Below are positions 23,222 through 33,349 of a DNA stretch of 64,000 bases, one piece after another (positions within the stretch are counted from its first letter, which is position 1; every line of letters begins with the position of its first letter). The stretch is from a bacterium (GTDB taxonomy: Bacteria; SAR324; NAC60-12): assembly GCA_965209155.1 (NCBI GenBank), contig OZ242383.1, positions 3,744,001-3,808,000 of the forward strand, in the 5' to 3' direction. Position numbers and translations under genes: made by a program. Under the pieces are notes generated by a model. It was given only the letters and a program-made list of their open reading frames with translations. It was not told the origin of the DNA and did no database searches.

Positions 23222-25087
23222 ATGAAGAAGGTAAATATGAGTAAAGTAATGAGCAAAACAGTAAGTGTATTATCTGCGATCAGTTTTGTTTTTTCCGCGT
23301 CGATTTTATTTGCGGGGGAAGCGCCGATGCTGGCTGAAATGGTCAAAGCAGGCAAATTGCCACCGCTTGCAGAGAGGTTGCCGGAAAATCCGTTGGTGGA
23401 AGTTCCGGTGAGTGAAATTGGTACCTATGGCGACAAATTGGTTTTGGGTACCGCATTCTTTCTGGACGACGAAAGACTTCCAGTCCGCGTTGACAGGAAT
23501 GGTTTTTTTCAATTCACATACCCGTTTCCTGCGGAAGGGCCTATTCTTCCCAATCTCGCCGAGTCCTGGGATTGGAACGATGATGGAACCGAGTTGATCA
23601 TCAATCTGAGAAAAGGAATCAAATGGTCGGATGGTATGCCATTTACTGCGGAAGACGTAGTTTTCTTCATGGAAGATATCGTCAATGACGACAATGTCGC
23701 CTATGTGTGGTTCTATGAAGGAAACTTTTATGACGCCAGTGGCAATTTTCCTCGTCTCACCAAGATGGACGATTTTACTTTGAAGTTCGAGTACGATGAC
23801 AAAGCATTCCTTTTTGAGAAAAAATATTCGAATGTCACTTGGGCTGCCATGCCTAAACATCATATCTCACAGTGGCATCCGAAGTATAACCCGGATTCCG
23901 ATTACGAAACGCTGAATGAAAAAATCAAGATCCTCGGTGTGGATTCGGAAGGGGGGCGAGTCACGCTGAATGCTTGGGTAGTCGACGAGTATGTCCCTGA
24001 TGAAAAACTGCACATGACCAGGAATCCGTATTATTGGAAAGTTGACCCTGATGGGAATCAGCTTCCCTATTTTGACGAGTTTGAGATCCTGGTTGCCGGA
24101 GACAGACCCGCTGTTGGTTTGGGTAACATGACGGGAGAATACGATCACGATCATATGTGGACGGGTTATCCGCACTATTCGATGTGGCTGGAAGAACAAG
24201 GTAAACCGGGGAGGGATTATTCCATCGGTTTTTCAAACGCTCCCGGCATGAAAATAAGTTTCAATTTCGATGTCGAGGACCCGGAAGCCAGGGCAGTGCA
24301 ACGAAATGTTCATTTCAGACGAGCACTCTCTTTAGCAATCGACAGACCGACCATATCGAGAACGTTGGCATTTGACCTGATGACGCCTATCGGATGCTCT
24401 TGGGCCCCCGATTCTCCATATTTCGATGAGAGGTACGGGTACCTGTATTCCGAGCACGATCCGGACCAGGCGCGACAGATACTGGACGACGCCGAAATCG
24501 TAGACCGGGATGGTGATGGCATCAGAGAACTTCCCAGTGGTGAGAAATTGGAACTGATTTGGGATATGTACGCCCATGATCTCTTTACTCCCATGTCGGA
24601 AATGATTGTGGGTATGGTCAAAGAAGTAGGGATTAACTTGATACTGAATGAAACGCACCAGACTTTGCACACCACCAATTTGTTTGCCGGAAATTTCGAA
24701 ATGTCCACTTCGGATTTTGAAAATTACAACGAACCACTTCTGGCAGTGGACAGGTGGGTGCCGACCGAAACGGGTTCTCCCTTCTATCACAAAAATGCGC
24801 ACGTCAACGGAGGATTTTCCCCGGAATACGATGAATTTACCAGGCTGCTGAGGGAAGCAAGCGTGGCCAGTATCGATGAAGGTATCGAATTGGGAAAAGA
24901 GGCGAACAGGATTATGGCAGAAAATGTATTTATGATCCATGTCGGTGTTCGCAAACGCCCTTTTATCAACTCGAACAGACTGGGAAACATGGTCTTGGAG
25001 TCGACAAGAGTCCAGGAATATGGAAATTTTGACCCGCCATTCAGGTATATGCAAGTCTACGCGAAATATCCCGCGAATCGGCCCTGA
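23222..25087 (+). CDS. ABC transporter substrate-binding protein, family 5
   Basis: signal peptide, GKLPPLAERLP, LRKGIKWSDG, RNPYYWKVD. Confidence 0.9.
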   Translation: MKKVNMSKVMSKTVSVLSAISFVFSASILFAGEAPMLAEMVKAGKLPPLAERLPENPLVEVPVSEIGTYGDKLVLGTAFFLDDERLPVRVDRNGFFQFTYPFPAEGPILPNLAESWDWNDDGTELIINLRKGIKWSDGMPFTAEDVVFFMEDIVNDDNVAYVWFYEGNFYDASGNFPRLTKMDDFTLKFEYDDKAFLFEKKYSNVTWAAMPKHHISQWHPKYNPDSDYETLNEKIKILGVDSEGGRVTLNAWVVDEYVPDEKLHMTRNPYYWKVDPDGNQLPYFDEFEILVAGDRPAVGLGNMTGEYDHDHMWTGYPHYSMWLEEQGKPGRDYSIGFSNAPGMKISFNFDVEDPEARAVQRNVHFRRALSLAIDRPTISRTLAFDLMTPIGCSWAPDSPYFDERYGYLYSEHDPDQARQILDDAEIVDRDGDGIRELPSGEKLELIWDMYAHDLFTPMSEMIVGMVKEVGINLILNETHQTLHTTNLFAGNFEMSTSDFENYNEPLLAVDRWVPTETGSPFYHKNAHVNGGFSPEYDEFTRLLREASVASIDEGIELGKEANRIMAENVFMIHVGVRKRPFINSNRLGNMVLESTRVQEYGNFDPPFRYMQVYAKYPANRP

Positions 25088-25098
25088 TAAGTATTTGA

Positions 25099-25140
25099 CG
25101 GAGTTTCAGCACGTGTCCAATCAACACGTGCCGGCTCCGT
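25099..25140 (+). terminator. intercistronic stem-loop after the binding-protein gene
   Basis: CGGAG..GCACGTGT / ACACGTGC..CTCCG inverted repeat. Confidence 0.5.
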
Positions 25141-25326
25141 TTCACCCTCCCGGTTTTATTTGTGAATTATGAAAATTCAGGGTGAATGGTTTATCCACGA
25201 AATGCGATTTATAATCTCCACCCTCCTGCTATCGTTGTGTCTGGACGGCAAGAACCGCTGGTGAACTACAAGAAGTAAGGAGTCAAAATAGAGTAGTATA
25301 AAGAGTCAACGAGTCGATATACCAAA

Positions 25327-26331
25327 ATGGGAATACTCACTTACACGCTGAGAAGAATTTTAATATCAATTCCCGTCGTCATCATCATTTCAATCATCTG
25401 TTTTGGAATCATTCAGTTGCCTCCCGGTGACTATGCGGATGCGTATGCCGCTCGGGCGACTATGACCGGAGGGGGGAACGTTTCCAAAGATTATATCGAA
25501 ATGTTGAGAGAACGGTACGGACTGGATCAACCATTTTGGATTCAATACTGGAAATGGGTGAAGGGTTTTCCCGAAGGCGATTTTGGAATCGCAATGTCTT
25601 TGCAAGGCACGTCGGTTGCCGACTTGTTAAAGGAAAGACTGCCCATGACGATCTTTATCAATCTTTGCGCACTTTTTTTTGCGCTGATGATAGCATTACC
25701 GATCGGGTTGTATTCAGCCACTCATAAATACAGTTTACTCGATTATTTATTGACGTTTGTTGCCTTTATTGGCATCGCGATTCCGGGATTCATTCTCGCA
25801 GTGCTGATCATCGCCATCTCCATTTTTTGGATGGATTCCTCATACGTCGGTCGTTTGTATTCCAATGAATTTATTGGAGCGCCTTGGGATATGGCAAAAG
25901 TGATTGATTTTTTAAAGCATCTTCCCGCGCCAATCATCGCAATTGGTGTTGCTCAGACGTCGAACACGATGCGAATCATGAGGGGCAATATGTTGGATGT
26001 TCTCAAACAACCATTCATACAAACAGCCCGAGCAAAAGGACTGTCGGAACCCGGCGTGCATTGGAAGCATGCTTCAAGAATCGCAGTCAATCCGATCATC
26101 AGCAGGATTGGGGTCTACCTTCCCGAAATTATTGCCACTGAAATGCTCGTCTCTATCGTCTTGAATTTAAATACGATTGGACCCTTGTTTTACGATTCGT
26201 TGATCTCACAGGATATGTATTTGGCGGGTACCATTTTGTTGGTTATTTCAGTTATCCTGGTCATTGGCAATTTAATTGCCGATGTGGTCCTCGCCCTGAC
26301 AGATCCTCGTATAAGGTTTGAGTTGATATAA
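25327..26331 (+). CDS. ABC transporter permease (OppB/DppB-like)
   Basis: QLPPGDY, TARAKGL EAA-loop, DPRIR. Confidence 0.9.
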   Translation: MGILTYTLRRILISIPVVIIISIICFGIIQLPPGDYADAYAARATMTGGGNVSKDYIEMLRERYGLDQPFWIQYWKWVKGFPEGDFGIAMSLQGTSVADLLKERLPMTIFINLCALFFALMIALPIGLYSATHKYSLLDYLLTFVAFIGIAIPGFILAVLIIAISIFWMDSSYVGRLYSNEFIGAPWDMAKVIDFLKHLPAPIIAIGVAQTSNTMRIMRGNMLDVLKQPFIQTARAKGLSEPGVHWKHASRIAVNPIISRIGVYLPEIIATEMLVSIVLNLNTIGPLFYDSLISQDMYLAGTILLVISVILVIGNLIADVVLALTDPRIRFELI

Positions 26332-26344
26332 GGAACTTCCCACC

Positions 26345-27463
26345 GTGTTCTTTAAAAAAAAATCTCAGGAGAATGAAGAATACGTCGTGCTGTCGGAAGG
26401 ACAGCTCATGTGGCGGCGATTTTTAAAGCACCGAGTTGCCGTTGCCGCATCGATCATCCTGATGATCGTCTACCTGATCGTCATATTCGCTGATTTTTTT
26501 GCTCCCTATGGGATGCTGACGAACCATCCGTATTACATATATGCTCCTCCGCAAATTACAAAAATCCGTTTTGTTGACCATGAGGGGCAATTTCACTTCC
26601 GTCCGTTTATATATCGACAAATCGCCTCCAGGGACCCCAAGACCCTCAGGTTCGTATACAATGACGATCTGAACCAGAAAGATTTTCTGCATTTTTTCGT
26701 CCATGGTGAAGAGTATACCATGTTGGGATTCATAAAAAGTGACATCCACTTGTTTGGTGTTGGAGAAGGAAAATTATTTTTACTGGGAACTGATATCATT
26801 GGTCGGGATTTGTTCACGAGGATCATCTTTGGGGGGAGAATTTCGCTATCCATCGGAATCATCGGAGTGTTCATTCTGGTTATCATCGGGACCATCGTGG
26901 GCACCATATCCGGGTACTTTGGTGGTTGGATAGACAATTTTCTTCAGAGGATCATCGAGATCTTCAGGATCATTCCGCAAATTGCCCTCTGGATGGCGCT
27001 TGCCGCGATCATCCCCAAGGAATGGCCTTCAACCTACGTCTATTTAGGAATCGTGATTATATTCGGATTTATCAGTTGGACCGGTCTGGCGAGAGAACTG
27101 AGGGGAAAAGTATTGGCTATTCGACGATCAGATTATATATATGCTGCGGAAATATCGGGTGCCGGTGTGAGTAGAATCATCGTCAAACACATTATCCCCA
27201 ATGTATTGAGTCATATCATTGTCATTGCCACCTTGAGCATACCCATGATGATCATAGGTGAAGCCGCCTTGAGTTTTTTAGGACTGGGAATCAAACCGCC
27301 AATGACCAGTTGGGGACTTCTCCTCACCAAGCTCAGGGAGGTGCAAACCTTAAAGCACTATCCCTGGTTGATCAGTCCGGCGGGTATTATTGTCATCTCC
27401 GTTCTCTGTTTCAATTTCGTCGGGGACGCTTTGAGGGATGTCTATGATCCCTATTCGGACTGA
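26345..27463 (+). CDS. ABC transporter permease (OppC/DppC-like)
   Basis: LGTDIIGRD, EAALSFLGLG, GDALRD. Confidence 0.9.
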   Translation: MFFKKKSQENEEYVVLSEGQLMWRRFLKHRVAVAASIILMIVYLIVIFADFFAPYGMLTNHPYYIYAPPQITKIRFVDHEGQFHFRPFIYRQIASRDPKTLRFVYNDDLNQKDFLHFFVHGEEYTMLGFIKSDIHLFGVGEGKLFLLGTDIIGRDLFTRIIFGGRISLSIGIIGVFILVIIGTIVGTISGYFGGWIDNFLQRIIEIFRIIPQIALWMALAAIIPKEWPSTYVYLGIVIIFGFISWTGLARELRGKVLAIRRSDYIYAAEISGAGVSRIIVKHIIPNVLSHIIVIATLSIPMMIIGEAALSFLGLGIKPPMTSWGLLLTKLREVQTLKHYPWLISPAGIIVISVLCFNFVGDALRDVYDPYSD

Positions 27464-27497
27464 TTTTCAGTTTTAAATCACTTTTGCTTTTGAAAGG

Positions 27498-28511
27498 ATG
27501 TTGGAGTTGGAAAAGGAAAATATTTTAGTCGACGTGCGCGACTTGAAAGTGTATTTCCATATAGAGCAGGGAATCGTCAGGGCAGTGGACGGGCTCAGTT
27601 TTCAAATTGAGAAAGGAAAGTCTCTTGGGATTGTTGGCGAAAGCGGATGTGGAAAAACCATAACCGCTTTATCCTTGATGCTGCTGCATCCACAGCCGGA
27701 GGGAAAGATCGAGGGGGGAAATATATTTTATTACCCGGATGCCGAGAGTCGGATAGACATCGCAAAATTGGGAATTCATAGCAAAAAAATTCGGGATACG
27801 AGGGGAAATGAGATTGCGATGATATTTCAAGAACCCATGATGTCCCTGAATCCGGTTTATAAAATAGGTCAGCAGCTGATGGAAGCGATCCGCCTCCATC
27901 AAAAAGTGGATAAAAAAAGGGCAAAAGAAATCGCCATCGAAGCGCTCGGGCGTGTAAGAATATCCGCTCCGGAGCAGCGTATAAACGACTATCCTTTTCA
28001 ATTGAGTGGAGGAATGCGACAGAGAGTCTTGATCGCCATTGCCCTTTCCTGTAATCCCAAACTCCTCATTGCCGATGAACCGACCACTGCGCTGGACGTT
28101 ACTATAGAAGCGGAAATACTGAATTTAATAAAGGATCTTCAAAAAGAACTGAACATGTCCCTGATGATGATTACCCATGATCTCGGCGTCATTGGAGAAG
28201 TGACCGATGATGTCGCTGTCATGTATGTTGGTAAAATTGTGGAAAAAGCGGACACGAGGAAGCTGTTTGAAGAGCCCCTGCATCCTTATACGAAAGCCTT
28301 ATTCAAATCCCGCCCTGAAATCAGAACGGAAGGCCGGCTCTCTTCAATCAAGGGTTCTGTTCCCAATCCCTACCTGCTGCCGAAAGGGTGCAGCTTCGAA
28401 CCAAGATGTGATGAGGCGATGGATATCTGTAAAATGAATCCCCCGGGACTTTTTAACCTGGACGGGCATTATGTCAGTTGCTGGAAATACAATGAACAGG
28501 AGGGGTTATAG
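27498..28511 (+). CDS. ABC transporter ATP-binding protein (OppD-like)
   Basis: GESGCGKT, LSGGMRQR, DEPTTALD, HPYT, C-terminal Cys cluster. Confidence 0.93.
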   Translation: MLELEKENILVDVRDLKVYFHIEQGIVRAVDGLSFQIEKGKSLGIVGESGCGKTITALSLMLLHPQPEGKIEGGNIFYYPDAESRIDIAKLGIHSKKIRDTRGNEIAMIFQEPMMSLNPVYKIGQQLMEAIRLHQKVDKKRAKEIAIEALGRVRISAPEQRINDYPFQLSGGMRQRVLIAIALSCNPKLLIADEPTTALDVTIEAEILNLIKDLQKELNMSLMMITHDLGVIGEVTDDVAVMYVGKIVEKADTRKLFEEPLHPYTKALFKSRPEIRTEGRLSSIKGSVPNPYLLPKGCSFEPRCDEAMDICKMNPPGLFNLDGHYVSCWKYNEQEGL

Positions 28512-28534
28512 AGACACCTGAAAAAAATATACTG

Positions 28535-29527
28535 GTGGTCAAAGGACTGAAAAAATATTTTCCCAACCGCAAGGGTTTTTTTTACAGGATTGCGAATTAT
28601 AACAAAGCCGTCAATGGAGTGGACTTTTTTATAAAGAAGGGAGAATCCGTCGGCTTGGTCGGGGAAAGTGGTTCCGGAAAAACGACGGTAGGACGTTGTA
28701 TTGTCCGGTTGTATGAACCTACGGAAGGCAGTATTGAATTCAATATCAACGGTCGGGTAATGGACGTTGCAAAAGTTCCGAAGCGGGAAATGAAAAGTAT
28801 CAGGAAACATTTCCAGATGCTCTTTCAGGACGTCTATTCCTCGCTCGATTCCAGAATGAAAGTAGCGGAAATCGTCACTGAACCGATGGCGATTCATAAC
28901 GTGGGCAATAAAAAAGAGAGAACCGAGCGGGCAAAAGAGCTGATGGAAAGGGTCGGGTTATCGGCAAACGACATATATAAATATCCCCACCAATTCAGTG
29001 GTGGACAGAGACAGCGTATCGGAATTACCAGGGCATTGAGCATCAGTCCCGATTTCATCATCTGTGATGAGCCTGTTTCGGCATTGGATGTTTCGGTACA
29101 AGCACAAATATTGAATCTGCTGCTGGACCTGCGAGATGAGTTTCAATTGTCGTATCTCTTCATTGCCCATGATTTGGGTGTTGTGAAATACATCAGTGAT
29201 AGAATAATCGTCATGTACCTGGGAAAGATCGTTGAAATCGCTTCGTCGCGAGAAATCTATGAAAAACCCCGCCATCCCTACACCGAAGCCTTATTGGCTG
29301 CCATATCGAAATACAAGGCTGGCAGTACCAGGGAAATTTTGCTGAAAGGCAGTATCCCGGACCCTTCCAATCCCCCTGCTGGCTGCGTTTTGGAACCCCG
29401 CTGCGCCTATGCGAAAGATATCTGTAAAGAAGTATTACCCGACCTGGAACCCATTCCGGAACAACCGGAAGCTTTTGTCGCCTGTCACAGGTATAAAGAA
29501 TTGGACCTGAAGAGCTATACTCACTGA
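28535..29527 (+). CDS. ABC transporter ATP-binding protein (OppF-like)
   Basis: GESGSGKT, FSGGQRQR, DEPVSALD; true start may be 28508. Confidence 0.92.
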   Translation: MVKGLKKYFPNRKGFFYRIANYNKAVNGVDFFIKKGESVGLVGESGSGKTTVGRCIVRLYEPTEGSIEFNINGRVMDVAKVPKREMKSIRKHFQMLFQDVYSSLDSRMKVAEIVTEPMAIHNVGNKKERTERAKELMERVGLSANDIYKYPHQFSGGQRQRIGITRALSISPDFIICDEPVSALDVSVQAQILNLLLDLRDEFQLSYLFIAHDLGVVKYISDRIIVMYLGKIVEIASSREIYEKPRHPYTEALLAAISKYKAGSTREILLKGSIPDPSNPPAGCVLEPRCAYAKDICKEVLPDLEPIPEQPEAFVACHRYKELDLKSYTH

Positions 29528-29559
29528 AACAGTGGAAAAAAGCGCAGAAATTCATTTCG

Positions 29560-30090
29560 CGCCGCTTGCCATCAATCCTCATTCCCCGGTGGGGCCCTCC
29601 AAGATCCCGCGCTCCTCTCCAAAGCCGGAGAGCGTATAAGCTTCTATCCTGAAACAGTCAGAAAAAGGGAATCAAAAAAAAGGATGGGAACGCCTGCCGG
29701 AAGAATTCAAAATCCTCAATAAAATCCGTACCTTGAATACAATCCAAAAAAAAATAAAAAAATTTATTAAAAATGCTTGACATATATAGCATCTATCGTA
29801 CCATGGGATTGCCTGCGGAAAAGAGGAAGTGAATCAGTTATTTTGAAAGCAATTCTTCTTTCCCGGGAATCGTTTTTGTCTCATTCGTGCGGTTGAGCGC
29901 ACGTTCTTTCATTGCTCTTTATTATAAAGGTAATCATAGATATTAAAAAATTCATTACCCCTGTCTTGGGGCTGAACCCAGTAGACGTTGTGTCTGCTGT
30001 ACAAAAACTTGTCCTCACAAAAGCGGGGATCCGATTCGCTCGATGGTATAGCGAATCTTCTTATTTCGTCTCAAATGTAGGAGGAATCAT
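29560..30090 (+). repeat. leader type A, copy 1 (homologous to ~41325-41840)
   Basis: shared blocks such as CGCGCTCCTCTCCAAAGCC, TTCCCGGGAATCGTTTTTGTCTCATTCGTGCGG, GTAGGAGGAATCATG. Confidence 0.85.
29777..29804 (+). promoter_or_regulatory. sigma70-like promoter of cassette 1 (leader type A)
   Basis: TTGACA-N16-TACCAT preceded by A-tracts; counterpart TTGAAA-N18-TACCAT at ~41524-41553. Confidence 0.5.
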
Positions 30091-31879
30091 GGAAAAAAGT
30101 AAAACCAGAAAAATGCAATCATTGTTACTAACCTTCACCTTGATGCTGGCCGCCCTCTGGGTCAGCCCTGCAGCCGTCGCGGCTGATAAAAAGATGGTGA
30201 CGGACCCCGCCACCGGAAAAATGGTGACCGCGCCAGAGTATGGCGGGACCTTGACCTATCCCTACCATTTAACAAGCGATACTACCGACGTCCGTGACGC
30301 CCACTATGCGGTCTGGCTCATCAGTGGCGTTAATGAGACACTCGCTTTGGGGGACTGGGCCCTGGATAGGAAAAAAGTTGCCTTTAAGAGTAATTACGTC
30401 CCTCTACCTGCCTTTACAGCGGGGCTGATGGAGAGCTGGTCGCAGCCCGACCCCGTGACCTATATCGTCAAAGTCCGCCAGGACGTTCGCTGGCATAATA
30501 AAGCACCGGTGAACGCTCGTGAGCTGACGGCCGACGATGTCGTTTATAACTATCAGCGTAATTTGGTTCTGGGCGACTTCACCGAACGTCCCGCCCGGAC
30601 TTGGGTCTTGTTCAACCTGCCATGGGAATCGATCGAGGCCCCCGACAAATATACGGTTGTTTTCAAGCTGAAGGAGCCTACCGTTGGTGCGATCAGGGAC
30701 ATCTTCGACGACATGCCGATGTATATCTTACCGCCCGAGGTAATCGAGCAATATGGCAACTACGCGGATTGGAGGAACATGGTCGGTACCGGGCCCATTA
30801 TGCTGACGGACCATGTCGAAGGCGTCTCCAAAACCTATACCAGGAATCCCGACTACTGGGGCTACGACCCAAAATATCCGCAGAACCGCTTGCCCTATAT
30901 TGACCAGCTTAGGGCCCTGTATATGCCAGAAGGAGCAACACGGATCTCGGCACTACGCACGGGTAAGGTTGATATAATACATCGAGCTGGCGGCACAGCT
31001 ATAGGATCCCTCGATGTGATAAGGAGCCTCAAGAGGACCAACCCCAAAATAGAAGTGTGGGGTTCTACGGGGGCGTCCGATAAGCAATTTGGTCTGAACC
31101 TGCACAAGCCACCCTTTGACGACATCCGGGTGCGTCACGCCATGCAAATGGCACTGGACCTTGAGACGATTAACGAGACCTACTTTGGGGGGTTCTCAAG
31201 GTGGAAACCCTCGGGGATCGTAGGGCCTGCCGTCGTGGGATACCACATCACATTTGAAGAGATTCCCACAGAGGTGAAGCAATACTACACGTACGACCCG
31301 GAAGGTGCTGAGAAGTTGCTCGAGGAGGCCGGCTATCCGCGCGGCACGGACGGGATTAGACTCAGGGCCACTCTTGACCAGCGCGACGTCAATGATCTAG
31401 GCTATACGGAAATAGCTATCGGATACTGGGCTGAGATTGGCGTTGAGGTAACGATCAATATCGTTGACACGGCAACTTTTGTCTCCAAAAGAAACGAGCA
31501 TACGTACGAGATGATCACAGGCCACCGGGGTTGGGATTTTAGCCCTGCAACGCCGGTGGGCTGGTATCGCCAGGGACCTGCCACCAAACATCTCAGCGAA
31601 TACGTGGGCGGAATCGAGACCCCTGAGATGACCGCCGCCTATGATGCCTTTAACGCCGCTACTACCATTGAGGAGCAGCAGAGGGCATTTAAATCGTATG
31701 ATATGGAAACCATAAAGCGGCACAATCAGATATGGGGTCCTGCCGCTCCAAGTTTTCAGGCTAACCAGCCGTGGGTAAAAGGTTTCAACGGTGAAATTAC
31801 CCTGCGCCAAGGGACCGAACAGGCCGTGCTCACCTATCTTTGGATTGACCAGGATCTGAAGAAAGAAATGGGGTTTTAG
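30089..31879 (+). CDS. ABC substrate-binding protein family 5 (cassette 1)
   Basis: RBS AGGAGG; signal peptide; PEYGGTLT, RNPDYWGYD..NRLPY, LWIDQDLKKEMG; ORF open upstream to 29912. Confidence 0.9.
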   Translation: MEKSKTRKMQSLLLTFTLMLAALWVSPAAVAADKKMVTDPATGKMVTAPEYGGTLTYPYHLTSDTTDVRDAHYAVWLISGVNETLALGDWALDRKKVAFKSNYVPLPAFTAGLMESWSQPDPVTYIVKVRQDVRWHNKAPVNARELTADDVVYNYQRNLVLGDFTERPARTWVLFNLPWESIEAPDKYTVVFKLKEPTVGAIRDIFDDMPMYILPPEVIEQYGNYADWRNMVGTGPIMLTDHVEGVSKTYTRNPDYWGYDPKYPQNRLPYIDQLRALYMPEGATRISALRTGKVDIIHRAGGTAIGSLDVIRSLKRTNPKIEVWGSTGASDKQFGLNLHKPPFDDIRVRHAMQMALDLETINETYFGGFSRWKPSGIVGPAVVGYHITFEEIPTEVKQYYTYDPEGAEKLLEEAGYPRGTDGIRLRATLDQRDVNDLGYTEIAIGYWAEIGVEVTINIVDTATFVSKRNEHTYEMITGHRGWDFSPATPVGWYRQGPATKHLSEYVGGIETPEMTAAYDAFNAATTIEEQQRAFKSYDMETIKRHNQIWGPAAPSFQANQPWVKGFNGEITLRQGTEQAVLTYLWIDQDLKKEMGF

Positions 31880-31983
31880 CGGTTTCACCGATCCCCAAGA
31901 TAGGGGAGTTGGGCAGCACAGGTTTCCCGGCTCCCTGACTCCTGCTTTGGAAAAAGAAAAACTAAAATTAATGAGGAGAATTG

Positions 31984-32364
31984 ATGAGTTATCAAGAGGG
32001 TTTAATCAAATCACTCAACACAAAAACAGTGGTGCTGGATCCTTGCCCAATCCCTGAAGAGATACAAGAAGGATCTCCAACGGCAGCAATAAAAGTATTA
32101 TGGCAATCTGAAGATAAATCCTGTCTCACTGCTGTTTGGTCTTGTACTGTTGGAAAGTGGGAAATTGATTGGCAATGGGATGAAACGATGTATTTAATTG
32201 AGGGCCAATTGGAACTCATTGATCATTTAGGACATTCTCAAACATTTAATGCCGGTGATTTTTTTCATGTGAGCAAGGGGGCTAAAACGGTGTGGAATGT
32301 AAAACAGCCTCTTAAAAAGATTTTTTATATTCGCGGATACATCCCGAGAGAGCAACAGGAGTGA
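31984..32364 (+). CDS. cupin-domain protein (DUF861/EutQ-like)
   Basis: AVWSCTVG, DETMYLIEG, FNAGD..G...W motifs; AT-rich. Confidence 0.8.
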   Translation: MSYQEGLIKSLNTKTVVLDPCPIPEEIQEGSPTAAIKVLWQSEDKSCLTAVWSCTVGKWEIDWQWDETMYLIEGQLELIDHLGHSQTFNAGDFFHVSKGAKTVWNVKQPLKKIFYIRGYIPREQQE

Positions 32365-32389
32365 AGCAAGAAAAGGGGTTCTGACTGCC

Positions 32390-33349
32390 ATGAGAACGTA
32401 TATCATCAGGCGACTCTTGCTGCTGATCCCCACCCTGTTTCTCTTGTCCGTCCTGGTCTTTCTCTCGGTGCGCTTCCTGCCAGGCGATGTCATCGACGTC
32501 ATGCTGGGGAGGATGGAATGGCAAGCAGCAGGGGGGGTTGACCGTGAAGCTGTCGAGCGAAGGCTGGGACTGGACGTGCCGGTCTGGGTGCAGTATGGAC
32601 GCTGGATGGGAGGGATCTTGCTGTACGGCACCCTGGGCAAATCCCTGATGGGGGATTGGCCGGTAGAGGAGCGGCTCTTCGATCGTTTGCCCGTCACCCT
32701 GGAACTGGGCGTCATGGCCATCGTCATCGGACTGGTCATCGCGCTGCCTGTCGGCATTTACTCGGCGATTCGCCAGGATACAGCCGCGGACTATGTGGGA
32801 CGCATCCTCGCGATTCTCGGCCTGGCCACGCCGAACTTCTGGCTAGGCACGATGGTGATGATCTACCCGGCCATCTGGTGGAGATGGTCGCCCCCGATGG
32901 AGCTGGTGCCTTTTGCCGAAGACCCGTGGGGCCACCTGGGGATTCTGGTCATTCCCAGCGTGATTCTGGGAACGGCCCTCTCGGCCGGCACCATGCGCCT
33001 GACGCGCACCATGATGCTGGAGGTGCTGAGGCAGGACTATATCCGCACCGCCTGGGCCAAGGGGCTCAAGGAACAAACGGTCGTGCTGAGACACGCCATC
33101 AAAAATGCCCTCATCCCGGTCGTCACCCTGGTCGGCTTGCAGTTACCGCTCGTGGTCGGGGGGGCTGTCATCATGGAGAATCTCTTTAACCTGCCGGGCC
33201 TGGGCCGTCTCCTGGTGGATGCCCTCTCGGAACGGGATTACCCGGTGGTCTCCGGAGTAAACCTGTTTTTCGCCTGCATCGTTTTGTTGAACAATCTCAT
33301 CATCGACCTCCTTTATGCCTATTTGGACCCGCGGGTGCGATATGAGTGA
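32390..33349 (+). CDS. ABC permease DppB-like (cassette 1)
   Basis: RFLPGD, QDYIRTAWAKGL, DPRVR. Confidence 0.92.
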   Translation: MRTYIIRRLLLLIPTLFLLSVLVFLSVRFLPGDVIDVMLGRMEWQAAGGVDREAVERRLGLDVPVWVQYGRWMGGILLYGTLGKSLMGDWPVEERLFDRLPVTLELGVMAIVIGLVIALPVGIYSAIRQDTAADYVGRILAILGLATPNFWLGTMVMIYPAIWWRWSPPMELVPFAEDPWGHLGILVIPSVILGTALSAGTMRLTRTMMLEVLRQDYIRTAWAKGLKEQTVVLRHAIKNALIPVVTLVGLQLPLVVGGAVIMENLFNLPGLGRLLVDALSERDYPVVSGVNLFFACIVLLNNLIIDLLYAYLDPRVRYE

